Positions 55,806 through 64,000 of a stretch of 64,000 nt of DNA are shown here, one piece after another. The notes beneath the pieces were generated by a model. That model was not told the origin of the DNA. It made no database searches and worked only from the letters and a program-made list of their open reading frames with translations. The DNA lies in assembly GCA_045562675.1 (NCBI GenBank), contig JBJKVL010000008.1, forward strand, positions 67,775 through 131,774, in the 5' to 3' direction. Both the position numbers and the translations under genes were made by a program. Position 1 is the first letter of the stretch, and every line of letters starts with the position of its first letter. The stretch is from Dehalococcoidia bacterium. Lineage in GTDB: Bacteria > Chloroflexota > Dehalococcoidia > UBA2979.

Positions 55806-56804
55806 TTAATAGCCAAGATTTAGTGCTGATTTCAGTTCTTGCATTGTTTCTTGTGCAACTTGAGATGAATGACTTGAGCCTTGTTGTAAAAATTCTTTGA
55901 CTATTTTTTTATTTTGGGCATATTTATTTCGCTCATCTCTAATTGGCAACAAGAATGTATTGATGGCATCAAATAATTTTGTTTTCACTTCTACGTCACC
56001 AACGGTACCTTTTGTATATCGCTCTTTAAGATCTTTGACCTCATCCGTATTTGCATTGAATGCATCATGATAAATGAAGACAGGATTCCCTTCTACTTTG
56101 CCAGGATCGGTGGCATGGATACGTGATGGGTCTGTATACATTTTCATAATTTTCTTTTTGACTGTTTCTGCGTCATCTTTCAGATAAATTGCGTTATCTG
56201 CAGATTTACTCATTTTTGCATCAGGTCCATTAATACCGACTAATCGTGGCACTCTTCCCACTAATCCTTTTGGAATTGGGAATAATTCATGGCCAGCTAA
56301 TTTATTAATCTTACGTGCAATCTCTCGAGTCATTTCAATGTGCGGTAACTGATCTTCTCCAACAGGCACAAGGTGCGCTTTCGGCATCAGGATATTAGCT
56401 ACTTGTAAAATGGGATAATTAAAAAAAGCAAGGGACACTGGCTTATTACCAAGTGCATCGATTTCATTTTTGAGAGTAGGGTTTCTTTGTAATCGACCCA
56501 ATTGCACAAACCAGCTTAACCACATTGCAAGCTCTGCATGTTCTGGCACTAGACTTTCTACAGTAAAATGACTAATTTCTGGGTCAAGACCAACTGCCAG
56601 CCAGTCAGTAGCAACTTCTAGTATAGATTCATTAATTTTATCGAGATCGTCGACATAATCAGCAACTTGGTAATTGGCGATAAGAAAAAAGCATTCATAT
56701 TCTTTTTGAAGTTTGACCCAATTTTCTAAGGCGCCAACGTAGTGCCCAAGATGCAAAGGTCCTGTTGGCCTAATACCAGTAAGTATTCTTTTCTGATTGC
56801 TCAT
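55806..56804 (-). CDS. trpS: Tryptophan--tRNA ligase
   Basis: [15 protein letters not shown] (HIGH region), KMSKS. 332 aa. Confidence 0.95.
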   Translation of the reverse strand: MSNQKRILTGIRPTGPLHLGHYVGALENWVKLQKEYECFFLIANYQVADYVDDLDKINESILEVATDWLAVGLDPEISHFTVESLVPEHAELAMWLSWFVQLGRLQRNPTLKNEIDALGNKPVSLAFFNYPILQVANILMPKAHLVPVGEDQLPHIEMTREIARKINKLAGHELFPIPKGLVGRVPRLVGINGPDAKMSKSADNAIYLKDDAETVKKKIMKMYTDPSRIHATDPGKVEGNPVFIYHDAFNANTDEVKDLKERYTKGTVGDVEVKTKLFDAINTFLLPIRDERNKYAQNKKIVKEFLQQGSSHSSQVAQETMQELKSALNLGY

Positions 56805-56813
56805 ATCATGCCT

Positions 56814-58463
56814 CTACATTTTATTTGGCGCATCCACACCAATGAGTAATAAAGTTTCTGCTAGTACAATCTTACATGCTTCAAGTAACTCGAGCCTAGC
56901 TTCTGAAAGATTTTTATTAGATTCGTCAATGACTCGACATTTAGTATAAAATGCATGAAATGATTGAGCAAGTTCCATTGCATAGTGGGGTAAATGATGC
57001 GGAGCAAGATCATCAGCGATTTTTTGTATCAGCTCTGGAAATTCAATCAGCTTTTTAATCAAGGTAATTTCTTCAGCTTCATGAATGAGGTTCAGATGTG
57101 CCGTTGATGCGCTAAATTGTTCTTCTTTGGCTTTTGCAAGAATTGCATATATGCGTGCATGTGCATATTGGACATAATAAACAGGGTTATCTTTTGTTTG
57201 TTGTTTTGCTAATTCTACATCAAAATCCATTGCTTGGTTCGCAGATTGAGCAAGGAAGAAAAATCGCATCGCATCTTTGCCAGTTTCAGTAAAAACTTCA
57301 TTCAGTGAAATAATTTCTCCAGAACGCTTTGATAGAGGTACTGTCTCATTGCCTCGTTTTAACGTGATGAGTTGATACAAAATAATATCAAGTTGTTCTG
57401 CGTCGATATCTAGTGCTTGCATTGCTTTTTTGAGTCGAGTGACATGACCTTGATGGTCGGCACCCCATATATTGATTACTCTATCAAAATTTCTTTCCCG
57501 GAATTTGTTGTGATGATATGCAATATCAGCAGTAAAATATGTCGGCGTTCCATCTGCCTTGATTAGTACGTTATCTTTTTCATCACCAAGCTTTGTTGAC
57601 GTAAACCAAATAGCATCATCTTTTTTTGCAGTGAATTTATTAGATTCTAATTGTGTTATGACGTGTTCAAGTGTTTTATTGTCGTGTAAAGAGCTCTCGT
57701 AAAACCACTCAGAAAATTCAACTCCAATATTTGATAATTCAAGTTGTATTTCTGTAATCATTTTTGTAAGGCCAATTTTGGTTAATTCATCTTGCTTACT
57801 TGCTTCTAAAAATGCATTACCATGTTCATCGTTAATTTGTTTTGCAAGCTCAATCATATATTGACCTTGATATCCTTCATCAGGTACGTCTCTCGCAACG
57901 CCAAGCAACGTGCTGTATCTTGCAAATAGTGTTTCTCCGAATAGTTTAATTTGATTACCCGCATCATTCACATAAAACTCTTCAGTCACCTCATAACTAC
58001 ATTTTCTAAATATTTTCGCTAATGAGGAACCAATTGATGCACCGCGACCATTGCCTATATGCACTGGCCCCGTTGGGTTGGAAGAGACGTATTCGATCTG
58101 TAGCTTTAAGCCCTTGCCTGTATCATTGCCACCGAAATTGTTATCATTGGTAATATTTTTGATTTGCTCAGCGAGCCAATGGTCTTGAATTTTAAAATTA
58201 ATGAAACCCGGCTTGGCAAGAGTCGCTTCTTGAATTAAATTGTTTTCTGAAATATGATCCAGAATAATTTGACCATTATCCATAGGAGATTTTTCTGTTA
58301 GCGGCTGTATTTTTAATGCTACATTTGAAGCATAATCTCCGTGTTCAGGATTTGCAGGGCGGTCAATATCGATGGCTGGGATTGCAAAATCATTCAACAG
58401 ATCATTGTTTTGTGCATTTTGTATTGCTTGCTGTAGTATTTCGCTTAGTTTTTTTTGAATCAT
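56814..58463 (-). CDS. argS: Arginine--tRNA ligase
   Basis: 549 aa. SSNPTGPVHIGNGRG, and a C-terminal anticodon-binding DALR-type domain ending ...GVDAPNKM. Confidence 0.95.
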   Translation of the reverse strand: MIQKKLSEILQQAIQNAQNNDLLNDFAIPAIDIDRPANPEHGDYASNVALKIQPLTEKSPMDNGQIILDHISENNLIQEATLAKPGFINFKIQDHWLAEQIKNITNDNNFGGNDTGKGLKLQIEYVSSNPTGPVHIGNGRGASIGSSLAKIFRKCSYEVTEEFYVNDAGNQIKLFGETLFARYSTLLGVARDVPDEGYQGQYMIELAKQINDEHGNAFLEASKQDELTKIGLTKMITEIQLELSNIGVEFSEWFYESSLHDNKTLEHVITQLESNKFTAKKDDAIWFTSTKLGDEKDNVLIKADGTPTYFTADIAYHHNKFRERNFDRVINIWGADHQGHVTRLKKAMQALDIDAEQLDIILYQLITLKRGNETVPLSKRSGEIISLNEVFTETGKDAMRFFFLAQSANQAMDFDVELAKQQTKDNPVYYVQYAHARIYAILAKAKEEQFSASTAHLNLIHEAEEITLIKKLIEFPELIQKIADDLAPHHLPHYAMELAQSFHAFYTKCRVIDESNKNLSEARLELLEACKIVLAETLLLIGVDAPNKM

Positions 58464-58484
58464 TAGTTTATTTTTCCACTACAT

Positions 58485-60911
58485 TTAATGTAATTCATGC
58501 ACAGGATTTGTATTTAGTATATTAGAAAGTTGATTGATTTTTTTCTGATCCTCATCAGAGAATTGATATTTATTTTCAATAATGTCCATTGCTTCATTTT
58601 TTGCTCTGTCAATTAATCGAGCATCGAGCAATGAGGCAATTCGAATATTTGGTAAACCTGATTGTCGTGTTCCATAGATTTCACCTGGACCACGAATTTG
58701 TAAATCGGCTTCAGCGAGTTCAAAGCCATCTGAAATATCTGCAAATGTACGTAAGCGCAATTCTGCATCTTCATTTGGTTCCTCTGCAATTAAATAACAA
58801 TATGATTTTTTATCACTCCGTCCAACTCGCCCGCGTAGCTGGTGTAGTTGCGCAAGACCAAACCTATCAGCCCCCTCAATTACGATGACTGTTGCATCTG
58901 GTATATCAATGCCTACTTCAATCACTGACGTGGCAACGAGGATGTCTAATTTTTTTTCTTTAAAATTTTTCATAATAATTTCTTTATCTTTCCCTTTCAT
59001 TTTGCCATGTAGTAGACCAACTCTTTCTGGCGCATCAGTAAAGATTTCTTCTTGTAACCTTTTGTGTTCAGTCATGACTGCTTTATGATCAATTTTTTCA
59101 GATTCCTCAACTAATGGACATATGATAAATGCTTGGTTGCCTTTTGCAATTTCAGTTTTTACTTTACTAAATGCTTTCTCCTCTTTCTTGCCGTTAAGTA
59201 AATTAGTAGAAATCGGCTGTCTGCCTGCTGGCATTTCGTCAATGATTGTCAAATCAAGATCGCCAAAAACAGTCAATGCTAAAGAGCGAGGTATTGGAGT
59301 TGCTGTCATAACGAGCGTATGCGGATTGATATCTTTTACCTCACTTTTATTTTTTAATTGTGCTCTTTGCATGACGCCAAAGCGATGCTGCTCATCTATG
59401 ACAATCATCCCAAGATTATGAAAATTGACGCTTTCTTGAATTAGCGCATGTGTACCAATGACTATATTGGCAGAACCATTTTCTATTAATTCAAGTGAGT
59501 ACTTTTTTTCTTTTGATACCATTGAGCCAGTTAATAGTGTTAATCGAATTGGAATATCAAGATGGCTGATGACGCCAAATAATGCTAATTCATCTTGCCC
59601 GGTAAGTAGTTGGATGATTGATTTATAGTGTTGTTCAGCTAAAATTTCTGTTGGCGCCATAATCACTGCTTGATACCCATTACCTATCATTGCGAGCATT
59701 GCAGATAATGCAACGACAGTCTTACCAGATCCGACATCTCCTTCGAGTAATCTCGCCATTGGTGATGCTTGTTGTAAATCTTGCATTAAGACATTGATGG
59801 CATTGCGTTGTGCATGTGTTAATTCAAATGGTAAGTGTTCAATGAACTGATCTACTATTTTTGTATCAGTTAAATTGATGGAACTTTCTAGCTTTGCTGC
59901 TTCAGATTTTTTTTTCATAACAGCAATCTGTATACCTAATAATTCATCAAAGGCAATACGCTGCCTAGCCTCATAGACATCATTCATTTTTTTTGGATAG
60001 TGCATTACTTGTATGGCTGATGATAAATTTGGATAATTATATTTCTTCTTAATGACATCGGGTAATGTCTCAGGCATTAATTGAATATATTTATTGATTA
60101 CTTTTGTAGAAAAGTTTTTAATTGTTTTTTGCGCTAGGCCTTTAGTGAGATGATAGGTTGGTAGAATTTTTCCTTCGTACCCTTGTGTGTTGTTAATGAT
60201 TTCATATTCAGGATTATCGAACGTAAATTGACCCTTGTAGACTTTGACTTTCCCTGATAGCGCAATTTGATTACCTGCCTTGATATATTTTGCTATAAAT
60301 ACCTGATTAAACCAAACAACTCTAATTGTTGCATTCGCAGTATCCTTTACTATAATTTCTGTAGCTTTTAATCTTCCTCCTCTGCCCATCCTGATGATTT
60401 TCGAACGAATGACATTTCCCTGAATTGTTTGATATGCGCCACTTTCTAATTCATTGATTAAGACAGTCTCTGAAAAATCAGTATAACGGTAAGGAAAAAA
60501 GTATAATGCATCTTTGATAGTATTGATGCCAAGCTTTTCTAATGAATTAATGGTGGACGTTCTAATACCAAGTTGTGCATTTTTTATTTCTGTCTCTATA
60601 GAATCTACGATAGGCGCAGGAGCAGCAGTAACTCTGTCTTTTCTTTTTGGTTTTTGGACTTTACCTTGCCTAAATTTTTCACTGGATACAAGTAAATTAA
60701 TTGCATTATTAAGCCATTGCTCTCGTTCTTCTTGACCTAGCGAGCTATATCCCTCCAACGGAAGCATAGCAACTACTTGTATGATTGGAGATTTCGGACT
60801 TTCGCTTTGTGCTAAATTAGCAAGAAAATTGTTGAGTCCACCATTCACAGCTTTATCATTGCAGCCGGATTTTAATTCAAGAGTGAGTATATCGATAATT
60901 CGATTATTCAT
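58485..60911 (-). CDS. recG: ATP-dependent DNA helicase RecG (long form, 808 aa)
   Basis: Wedge/OB region, Walker A GDVGSGKT, DEQHRFG, QLHQLRGRVGR. Confidence 0.95.
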   Translation of the reverse strand: MNNRIIDILTLELKSGCNDKAVNGGLNNFLANLAQSESPKSPIIQVVAMLPLEGYSSLGQEEREQWLNNAINLLVSSEKFRQGKVQKPKRKDRVTAAPAPIVDSIETEIKNAQLGIRTSTINSLEKLGINTIKDALYFFPYRYTDFSETVLINELESGAYQTIQGNVIRSKIIRMGRGGRLKATEIIVKDTANATIRVVWFNQVFIAKYIKAGNQIALSGKVKVYKGQFTFDNPEYEIINNTQGYEGKILPTYHLTKGLAQKTIKNFSTKVINKYIQLMPETLPDVIKKKYNYPNLSSAIQVMHYPKKMNDVYEARQRIAFDELLGIQIAVMKKKSEAAKLESSINLTDTKIVDQFIEHLPFELTHAQRNAINVLMQDLQQASPMARLLEGDVGSGKTVVALSAMLAMIGNGYQAVIMAPTEILAEQHYKSIIQLLTGQDELALFGVISHLDIPIRLTLLTGSMVSKEKKYSLELIENGSANIVIGTHALIQESVNFHNLGMIVIDEQHRFGVMQRAQLKNKSEVKDINPHTLVMTATPIPRSLALTVFGDLDLTIIDEMPAGRQPISTNLLNGKKEEKAFSKVKTEIAKGNQAFIICPLVEESEKIDHKAVMTEHKRLQEEIFTDAPERVGLLHGKMKGKDKEIIMKNFKEKKLDILVATSVIEVGIDIPDATVIVIEGADRFGLAQLHQLRGRVGRSDKKSYCYLIAEEPNEDAELRLRTFADISDGFELAEADLQIRGPGEIYGTRQSGLPNIRIASLLDARLIDRAKNEAMDIIENKYQFSDEDQKKINQLSNILNTNPVHELH

Positions 60912-60941
60912 GAGCCTTAATTATGAATTAATTTTAAGCAA

Positions 60942-61781
60942 CTATTCAGCAGACACTGCTGCAATACCTATTGCTCCAGGTCCTGCGTGCACTCCAAGTA
61001 CTGGTGTCAGTGGTGTCACTAATGGATTAATATTACTATCAATTCCTTTTAATGCTTCTGCTGCTTCTGCTGCAAGTTCAGGTGCATCACTATGTACAAC
61101 GCCTGCATATGCAAATGGAGCCAGTTCAGAAATCTTACTCAACATTAAATCAATTGATTTTTTATAGTTTCTTGTTTTGCCACCTTGACCAACGAGCCCA
61201 TCTTCAACGGTGAGAATTGGTTTAACATTTAGCTTTGAACCGATAAATCCTTTTGCCTTGCTCATTCTGCCACCACGAATTAAATAATCAAGCGTATCAA
61301 TGGATAGAAAAATATTGGAACGGCTTAATGCACTTGTGGTAATGTCTTTAATCTCATCCAGATTTTTGCCATTCTTTAATGCTTTTGCAGCTTCAAGAAC
61401 ACCAAATCCTAATGGAAGCGAAACAGTTGCAGAATCAATTATTTCAATTTTACAATTAGAAATCTGAGCTGCTGCTTGAGTCGCGGATTCATTGGTACCC
61501 GATACTTTCTTTGAAATATGTATAGATAATATTTCCGTTGCGCCATTTTCGATTAATTTATTATAAACCTCCAAGAAAGATCCGACAGATGGTTGAGATG
61601 TTGTCGGATGATTTGGGTCTGTAGTTAGTCGCTTAAAAAATGCTTCAGGAGTGATATCCTGCATGTCTAATAGCGTTTCTTCACCAAAAGTTAAATTTAG
61701 TGGAATAATTGTTATTCCTAATTCATCAGCCATAGCTTGAGAAATATTTGATGTTGAATCTGTAACAATTGCTAATGTCAT
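60942..61781 (-). CDS. DegV family fatty-acid-binding protein (FakB-like)
   Basis: 279 aa. N-terminal IAIVTDSTSN. Lies directly downstream of the DAK2-domain gene. Confidence 0.85.
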   Translation of the reverse strand: MTLAIVTDSTSNISQAMADELGITIIPLNLTFGEETLLDMQDITPEAFFKRLTTDPNHPTTSQPSVGSFLEVYNKLIENGATEILSIHISKKVSGTNESATQAAAQISNCKIEIIDSATVSLPLGFGVLEAAKALKNGKNLDEIKDITTSALSRSNIFLSIDTLDYLIRGGRMSKAKGFIGSKLNVKPILTVEDGLVGQGGKTRNYKKSIDLMLSKISELAPFAYAGVVHSDAPELAAEAAEALKGIDSNINPLVTPLTPVLGVHAGPGAIGIAAVSAE

Positions 61782-61789
61782 AATGCCTC

Positions 61790-63439
61790 CTATTCAATTG
61801 ATCCTAGTATATGGTACAAAGGCTGTCCACCATTGTGTAGTTCTATATCCACATCTTTATAATTTTCTTCTAAGTACTGGTTAATAGATTTTGCTTCTTC
61901 TTGGTTAATCATATCTCCAGCATAGAGAGTAATGAGGTCAGCATCTTCTATAGTATTGAGTGCATCTGTGATAATTGGCATGAGATTATCATTGGTTGAA
62001 ATTAACTTGCCGTCGATCATAGCAATATATTCACCAGCTTTTACTGCTTGATCTTCAATCATGGCATCTTTCACTGCTGTTGTGATTTCTAATGAGCGAG
62101 ATGATGTAATTGCATCATTCATAGCATCAAGCATTTCATCTAATTCTCCATCTGGGTCATACTCTAAAGCTGCAACGATACCAATGGCTGGTGAGGTAGA
62201 AGGAATAACCTTGATGAACTCATCAGATAATTCAGATGCTTGTTTTGCTGCAGCAATAACATTTTTATTATTTGCTAAGATCACGCAATGCTCTGTAGCA
62301 ATTTCTTTCGATAAAGATAACATTTCACCTGCAGCTGGATTTGCACCTTGTCCACCATCGATAAAATGCATGACGCCAAGTTCACGATAAACGTCCTTAA
62401 AGCCATCGCCTTGCAAAATCGCAATCATTCCAATATTTTGTGGTTCAACTTTCTTGTCAATTTCACCTTTTTTCTTTAAGGCTTCATGCTGCTCTTGCAT
62501 ATTTTCAATTTTAATATTTTCAACTTGACCTATTTCTTTTCCAAGTGTAATAGCATTATCTGGTATTTCCATGTGTACATGAATATGCATGATATTTTCA
62601 TCTCCGACAACTATGATTGACTGACCTGCTATCGACTCAAGTTTTTGTTCTATTTCTTTTTGATTCAATTGGGCATCTTTAATAAGAAATTCAGTGCAAA
62701 AACCAAAGTCATCTTCTGAGTGTTCAAAATTGAGATATGCAACTTCGAATTTTGGTAAATCGGGAGGTGCTATTTCAGAAAGACCAAAATATAATCCTTC
62801 TAAAATAACTAATACGCCTATTGCACCAGCATCTACAACACCTGCTTCAATCAGTTCTGGTAATTGCTCTTTTGTTTTTTCAACGCTTTCTTCTGCTTGG
62901 TCAATGCTCACTTTTAACGTATCTGTTACTGACGCTGATGTTTTGATTTGGTCCACTGCTGATTGTGCGGCATCTCTTAAGACAGAGAGCATGGTTCCTT
63001 CTGCAGGATGAGCTAACGCAGAATATGCTTTTTTAGCTGCACTTTCAAGTCCAAGTGCCATCGTTTCTGCAGTTATGTCTTTGTGTTGCTTGAATGAATC
63101 AGAAAAACCTTTTAACATTTGAGATAATATCACTCCGCTATTCCCTCTAGCACCTAATAAAGCACCATGAGCTAATTTTTCTGTAAATTCTGCTACAGAC
63201 TGGTATTTTTGTTCCTTGACCTCTTGTATGGCTGCTTTCAGTGTTAGAAGCATATTCGTGCCAGTATCACCATCTGGCACTGGATATACATTAATGGAGT
63301 TAATTGACTCTCTATTTATCGTTAACCATTCTTCTGCTACATTGAATGCGCTTTCTAATTCTTTTGTAGCGACAGATACATGTTCTTGTGATGTCATACA
63401 CTTTCTTTCGTGATAATTTGAAAAAATTTTGAATTGCAA
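61790..63439 (-). CDS. DAK2-domain fusion protein (YloV / fatty acid kinase FakA-like)
   Basis: VYPVPDGDTGTNM, LGARGNSGVILSQ. ~535-549 aa. The more likely start is ATG at 63397 (MTSQEHVSV...). Confidence 0.85.
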   Translation of the reverse strand: MQFKIFSNYHERKCMTSQEHVSVATKELESAFNVAEEWLTINRESINSINVYPVPDGDTGTNMLLTLKAAIQEVKEQKYQSVAEFTEKLAHGALLGARGNSGVILSQMLKGFSDSFKQHKDITAETMALGLESAAKKAYSALAHPAEGTMLSVLRDAAQSAVDQIKTSASVTDTLKVSIDQAEESVEKTKEQLPELIEAGVVDAGAIGVLVILEGLYFGLSEIAPPDLPKFEVAYLNFEHSEDDFGFCTEFLIKDAQLNQKEIEQKLESIAGQSIIVVGDENIMHIHVHMEIPDNAITLGKEIGQVENIKIENMQEQHEALKKKGEIDKKVEPQNIGMIAILQGDGFKDVYRELGVMHFIDGGQGANPAAGEMLSLSKEIATEHCVILANNKNVIAAAKQASELSDEFIKVIPSTSPAIGIVAALEYDPDGELDEMLDAMNDAITSSRSLEITTAVKDAMIEDQAVKAGEYIAMIDGKLISTNDNLMPIITDALNTIEDADLITLYAGDMINQEEAKSINQYLEENYKDVDIELHNGGQPLYHILGSIE

Positions 63440-63568
63440 CTAGATTACAAACTAACCAATATATATCATTGATATCTATGATTTATAAACTTACTCTTAT
63501 AGAGTATAAAACATATAGATAAATTTAAAGTATTTTTTTGTTTATAAATTAGATATTAAGAGGTAAAA

Positions 63569-63793
63569 ATGTCTGCAGGAAAATGTGATTTTTGTGCAAA
63601 AGTAGTTGTGTTTGGTCGTAATATACGACATAAACACTCTGGTCGTTGGGAACGTAAGGCCCCAAAGACAAGTAGGCAATTTAGGCCAAATGTGCAATCC
63701 AAGAAAATCATTGTTAATGGCAAAAAGCAGAGAGTAAATATTTGCACAAAATGCATTAAGACTCAGATGAAAAAGTTTGTCCTCGCGAATTAG
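63569..63793 (+). CDS. rpmB: 50S ribosomal protein L28 (Cys-containing, zinc-ribbon C+ type)
   Basis: 74 aa. GKCDFCAK...GRNIRHKHSGRWERKAPKTSRQFRPNVQ...CTKC. SD AAGAGG. Confidence 0.9.
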   Translation: MSAGKCDFCAKVVVFGRNIRHKHSGRWERKAPKTSRQFRPNVQSKKIIVNGKKQRVNICTKCIKTQMKKFVLAN

Positions 63794-64000
63794 TTTTCAC
63801 AAAGCTCACGAATTTTGTTTTGTAAATGCAGTACTGTGTTTTGGCGTTCTGCGTTCTCATTGAATATTGCTGAACCCATAACGACGTTATCTGCCCCTGC
63901 TTTTATACAGAGCCCTAAATTTTCTTCTTTGACACCACCATCTATTTGAAAATTGATCTGGTTATCAAATTGATTTTTTTGGATCAAATCTTTGATGTCT
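63790..64000 (-). CDS. rpe: Ribulose-phosphate 3-epimerase, 3' part (continues beyond the window end)
   Basis: ...INFQIDGGVKEENLGLCIKAGADNVVMGSAIF. The frame stays open to base 64000. Its stop shares the tetranucleotide TTAG with the rpmB stop. Confidence 0.8.
   Translation of the reverse strand, partial: DIKDLIQKNQFDNQINFQIDGGVKEENLGLCIKAGADNVVMGSAIFNENAERQNTVLHLQNKIRELCEN

Noticed and set aside
63556-63756. 66-aa minus-strand ORF antisense to rpmB
   Set aside because: The plus-strand frame is an unmistakable L28 with a strong RBS. The antisense frame has no support.
1-64000. Search for CRISPR arrays, transposases/integrases, phage genes, toxin-antitoxin pairs or defence systems
   Set aside because: I could not find any of the following: regularly spaced direct repeats; recombinase, transposase or reverse-transcriptase-like ORFs; tRNA attachment sites; or a compositional break. 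The window reads as conserved core chromosome, so no mobile or defence element is claimed.

Overview
AT-rich (by eye about one-third GC), very gene-dense chromosomal segment with about 60 protein genes. Most intergenic gaps are under 150 nt, and several convergent gene pairs share or abut stop codons. It looks like a streamlined, probably marine, monoderm-type bacterium. Supporting this: rpmB / DAK2(FakA-like) / DegV(FakB-like) / recG synteny, a Mycobacterium-type RpiB, a Chloroflexus-type malyl-CoA lyase, several luciferase-like (LLM) oxidoreductases, and Ser-rich lipoprotein linkers. That fits Actinobacteriota or Chloroflexota, and I cannot decide between them from sequence alone. All calls rest on motif and architecture recognition from the supplied translations; no database search was run. 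Content in order: (1) a small amidohydrolase-LLM-hydrolase cassette; (2) tkt-tal-pgi; (3) an M16 peptidase pair; (4) flavin reductase, aminotransferase, acyl-CoA dehydrogenase, and LLM monooxygenase + GMC oxidoreductase + SDR; (5) a same-strand string tusA-prx-rhodanese-htpG-sco-ctaG with divergent heme A synthase; (6) TVP38-yeeE-yeeD-like; (7) a cobalamin riboswitch driving btuFCD-like genes; (8) an MFS transporter; (9) a convergent mesaconyl-CoA hydratase-like / methylsuccinyl-CoA dehydrogenase-like / RpiB versus malyl-CoA lyase / divergent succinyl-CoA-synthetase-like ligase / mini-ferredoxin cluster; (10) ktrBA-like; (11) PBP1A; (12) gatCA; (13) aminotransferase; (14) citrate synthase; (15) pstSCAB-phoU; (16) trpS, argS, recG, fakB/fakA-like, rpmB and a partial rpe. 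I recognised no rRNA, tRNA, CRISPR, transposase/integrase or dedicated DNA-binding regulator. Best candidates for something undescribed: (a) two paralogous, individually terminated small basic ORFs (44 and 50 aa, below the ORF-track cutoff) in the 620-nt gap upstream of pstS, whose substitution pattern indicates protein-level constraint; (b) the CoA-ligase-dependent C4/C5-dicarboxylate-to-glyoxylate cluster with an embedded single-cluster ferredoxin; (c) YeeE paired with a cysteine-less YeeD/TusA-like protein.
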